From Chiloscyllium plagiosum (Eukaryota): a stretch of DNA of 50,173 nucleotides. The stretch's first letter is position 1. Every line of letters begins with the position of its first letter. This document shows positions 47,828-50,173 of the stretch, in pieces. Below the pieces are notes generated by a model. That model saw only the letters and a program-made list of their open reading frames with translations, made no database searches and was not told the DNA's origin. The stretch covers positions 12,124,276 to 12,174,448 of the forward strand of contig NC_057720.1 of NCBI RefSeq assembly GCF_004010195.1, read 5' to 3'. The position numbers were made by a program, and so were the translations under genes.

Positions 47828-48345
47828 AATGGAAGGATGCTGTGAAACTTGAAAGGGTTCAGAAAAGATTTACAAGGATGTTGCCAGGGTTGGAGGGTTT
47901 GAGCTATGGAGAGTGGTTGAATAGGCTGGGGCTGTTTTCCCTAGAGATTCGGGGGTTGAGGGCTGATCTTATAGAGGTTTATAAAGTCATGAGGGACTTG
48001 GATAGGATAAATAGACAAAGTCTTTTCACTGGAGTGTGGGAGTCCAGAACTAGAGGTTTAGGGGGAGAGGGGAAAGATACAAAAGGGACCTAAGGGGCAA
48101 ATGTTTCACGCAGAGGGTGATGTGCGTACGGAATGAGCTGCCAGAGGAAGTGGTGTAGGCTGGTACAATTGCAACATTTAAAAGGCATTTGGATGGATAT
48201 ATGAATAGGAAGGGTTTAGAGGGAAAGTGGAATTAGTGGAATTAGCTGGCAAATGGAACTAGATTGGGTTGGGATGTCTGGTCAGTGTGGATGAGTTTGA
48301 CTGAAGGATCTGTTTCTGTGCTGTACATCGCTATGACACGATGAC
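47828..48345 (+). mobile_element. CR1 (HER1-like) 3' end
   Basis: KDAVKLERVQKRFTRMLPGLEGLSY..LIEVYKVMR. Confidence 0.9.
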
Positions 48346-49010
48346 AGGTCCCTGGGCCATGATGCTTATTTTACCAATGCCCATTGACAGAAGTGCAGGC
48401 AGCATACCCTCTGCTTGCACTGCAGAGTCTGTGGCTGTAGAATCAACAAGGAGGAGAAGTGGGTAGCGAAGGTTCCAGTGGCACATCAAGGGAGCCTGCA
48501 CCTCTTAAAAGGCACATTTGTTAGGGCTGAAGCAGACACAAGGAAAAAGTGAGATCTGCAGGTGTTGGAGATCAGAGTGAAAAACTGTAGTGCTGGAAAA
48601 ATGCAGCAGGTCAGGCAGCAGGTAGTTGTACAGGAAGTGAATATGATCTGGGAACCCACAAAAAAAAGGACAACATTGAGAGGGCAGCTTCGGTGGTAGA
48701 TGTGGAAAGTAGGGGCAATATCCAATATCCATAGGGGACCAGGAGGCTTTCCAGACCCACACTTGCAAGGCATGTGAGCAGACAGCTGGCAGTCTACCCT
48801 GTGACCTGGATGCAGTGCATAAAACTTGCAGTGACCTCACATACACAGTCAAGCTCAGGTGGGGACATAGGCCAGGGGTAGCACTGGCCCGTGATTTCTG
48901 TCCCACTCCCTGTGGGCTGCAAAATCCAACTTGAGGTAAGAAAGGGAATTAATTGCGAAAGAAAATCTTGTGCAGGTTAAGAATGAGTTTGCACTGGTGG
49001 TAATGGGAGC

Positions 49011-49212
49011 TAAAAATCACACAACATCAGGTTACAGTCCAACAGGTTTGTTTGGAGGCACGAGCTTTCAAAGTGCTGCTTCTTCATCAGGTGGTTGATG
49101 AAGCCGTGCTCTGAAAGCTCATGCCTCCAAATAAACCTGTTGGACTGTAACCTGGTGTTGTGTGATTTTTAACTTTGTCCACCCCAGTCTAGCACCAGCT
49201 CCTCCACATCAG
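49011..49212. mobile_element. Short palindromic Penelope-derived element (14352 family)
   Basis: Arms taaaaatcacacaacatcaggttacagtccaacaggttt and aaacctgttggactgtaacctggtgttgtgtgattttta, with decayed hammerhead-like cores in both arms. Confidence 0.7.
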
Positions 49213-49319
49213 GGGTAATCGGAGTGTTTATTGCCAATTTGTAGTGCCCTTGAGAAGCTGGTGGTGAACTTTCCTTTGAACCAGTGAAATCTGTATGCTT
49301 TAGGTTGACCTACGATGTT

Positions 49320-49845
49320 ATAGAGTCATAGAGATGTACAGCACAGACACAGGCCTTTCAGTCCAACTCATTTATGCTGACCAGATAGTCCAATTTGCCA
49401 GCATTTGTCCCTATCCATTTATATCCTTTCTATTCATATACCCATCCAAATGCCTTCTAAATATTGTAATTGTACCAGCCTCCTCCACATCCTCTGGCAG
49501 CTCATTCCATTCGCGTTCCACCCTCAGTGAGAAAATGTTACCCCTTAGGTCCCTCTTAAATCTTTCACCTCTCACCTTAACTTATGTCCTCTATTTCTGG
49601 GTTCCCCCAACCCAGGGAAAAGACCTTGTGTATTTACCCTATCCATGCCCCTTATGAAACCTCTGTAAGGTCACCCCTCAGCCTCTGACATTCCAGGAAA
49701 AACAGCCCTAGTCTATTCAGCCTCTCCCTGTAGCTCAGATCCTCCAACCCTGGCAATATCCTTGTAAATCTTTTCTGAACCCTTTCAAGCTTCACAGCAT
49801 CCTTCCGATAGGAAGGAGACCAGAATTGTACACAATATTCCAAGA
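49320..49845 (-). mobile_element. CR1 (HER1-like) 3' end
   Basis: ORF 49652..49852: LEYCVQFWSPSYRKDAVKLERVQKRFTRILPG. Confidence 0.9.
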
Positions 49846-49902
49846 CGGACATCTAGGATTCTGACTCAGCGACAGTGAAGCAACAGCAATATATTTCAAG
49901 TC

Positions 49903-50173
49903 AAGTTTAGATCAAGTAGATTGGATGGGGTGGTGTTTGTGCAGTGTGTAGAGGAAGCTTTTCTAACTCAGTATGTAGATTGCCCGACCAGAGGGGAGGC
50001 CATATTGGATTTGGTACTTGGTAACGAACCGGGACAAGTGATGGGCTTGTTAGTGGGTGAACATTTTGGTGATGGTGACCACAATTCTGTGACTTTCACC
50101 TTGGTTATGGAGAGAGATAGGTGCGTGCAACAGGGTAGGTTTTACAATTGGGGGAAGGGTAAATACGATGCTG
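49903..50173 (+). mobile_element. CR1 ORF2 APE endonuclease region, frame open to window end
   Basis: LDGVVFVQCVEEAFLTQYVDCPTRGEAILDLVLGNEPGQV..GEHFGDGDHNSVTF with no stops. Confidence 0.85.

Overview
Eukaryotic, repeat-dense intronic DNA from a cartilaginous fish, very likely a shark (HE1 V-SINEs, HER1/CR1 LINEs, SacSINE1-like DeuSINEs). It holds four consecutive + strand coding exons of mitoguardin 1 (MIGA1/FAM73A) at 1571-1707, 6683-6806, 27051-27148 and 47300-47421. They splice in frame across GT-AG introns of about 5.0, 20.2 and 20.2 kb. Almost all other ORFs in the track are decayed retroelement fragments (CR1, L2, Rex1, Penelope-like GIY-YIG) or chance ORFs. Main observations: (1) several families of Penelope-like fold-back elements carrying minimal hammerhead ribozyme cores, including a spacer-less 416-bp palindrome and copies with 10-17 bp target-site duplications; (2) a composite repair scar with a locally templated inverted copy and a snap-back hairpin; (3) a repeat-free Pbx-Hox/Meis motif cluster; (4) a possible internal promoter and first exon that would splice in frame into MIGA1; (5) inverted SINEs bracketing the fourth exon. 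Family names come from recalled consensus sequences, not a database search, and repeat boundaries are approximate. There is one assembly gap (20117-20298).
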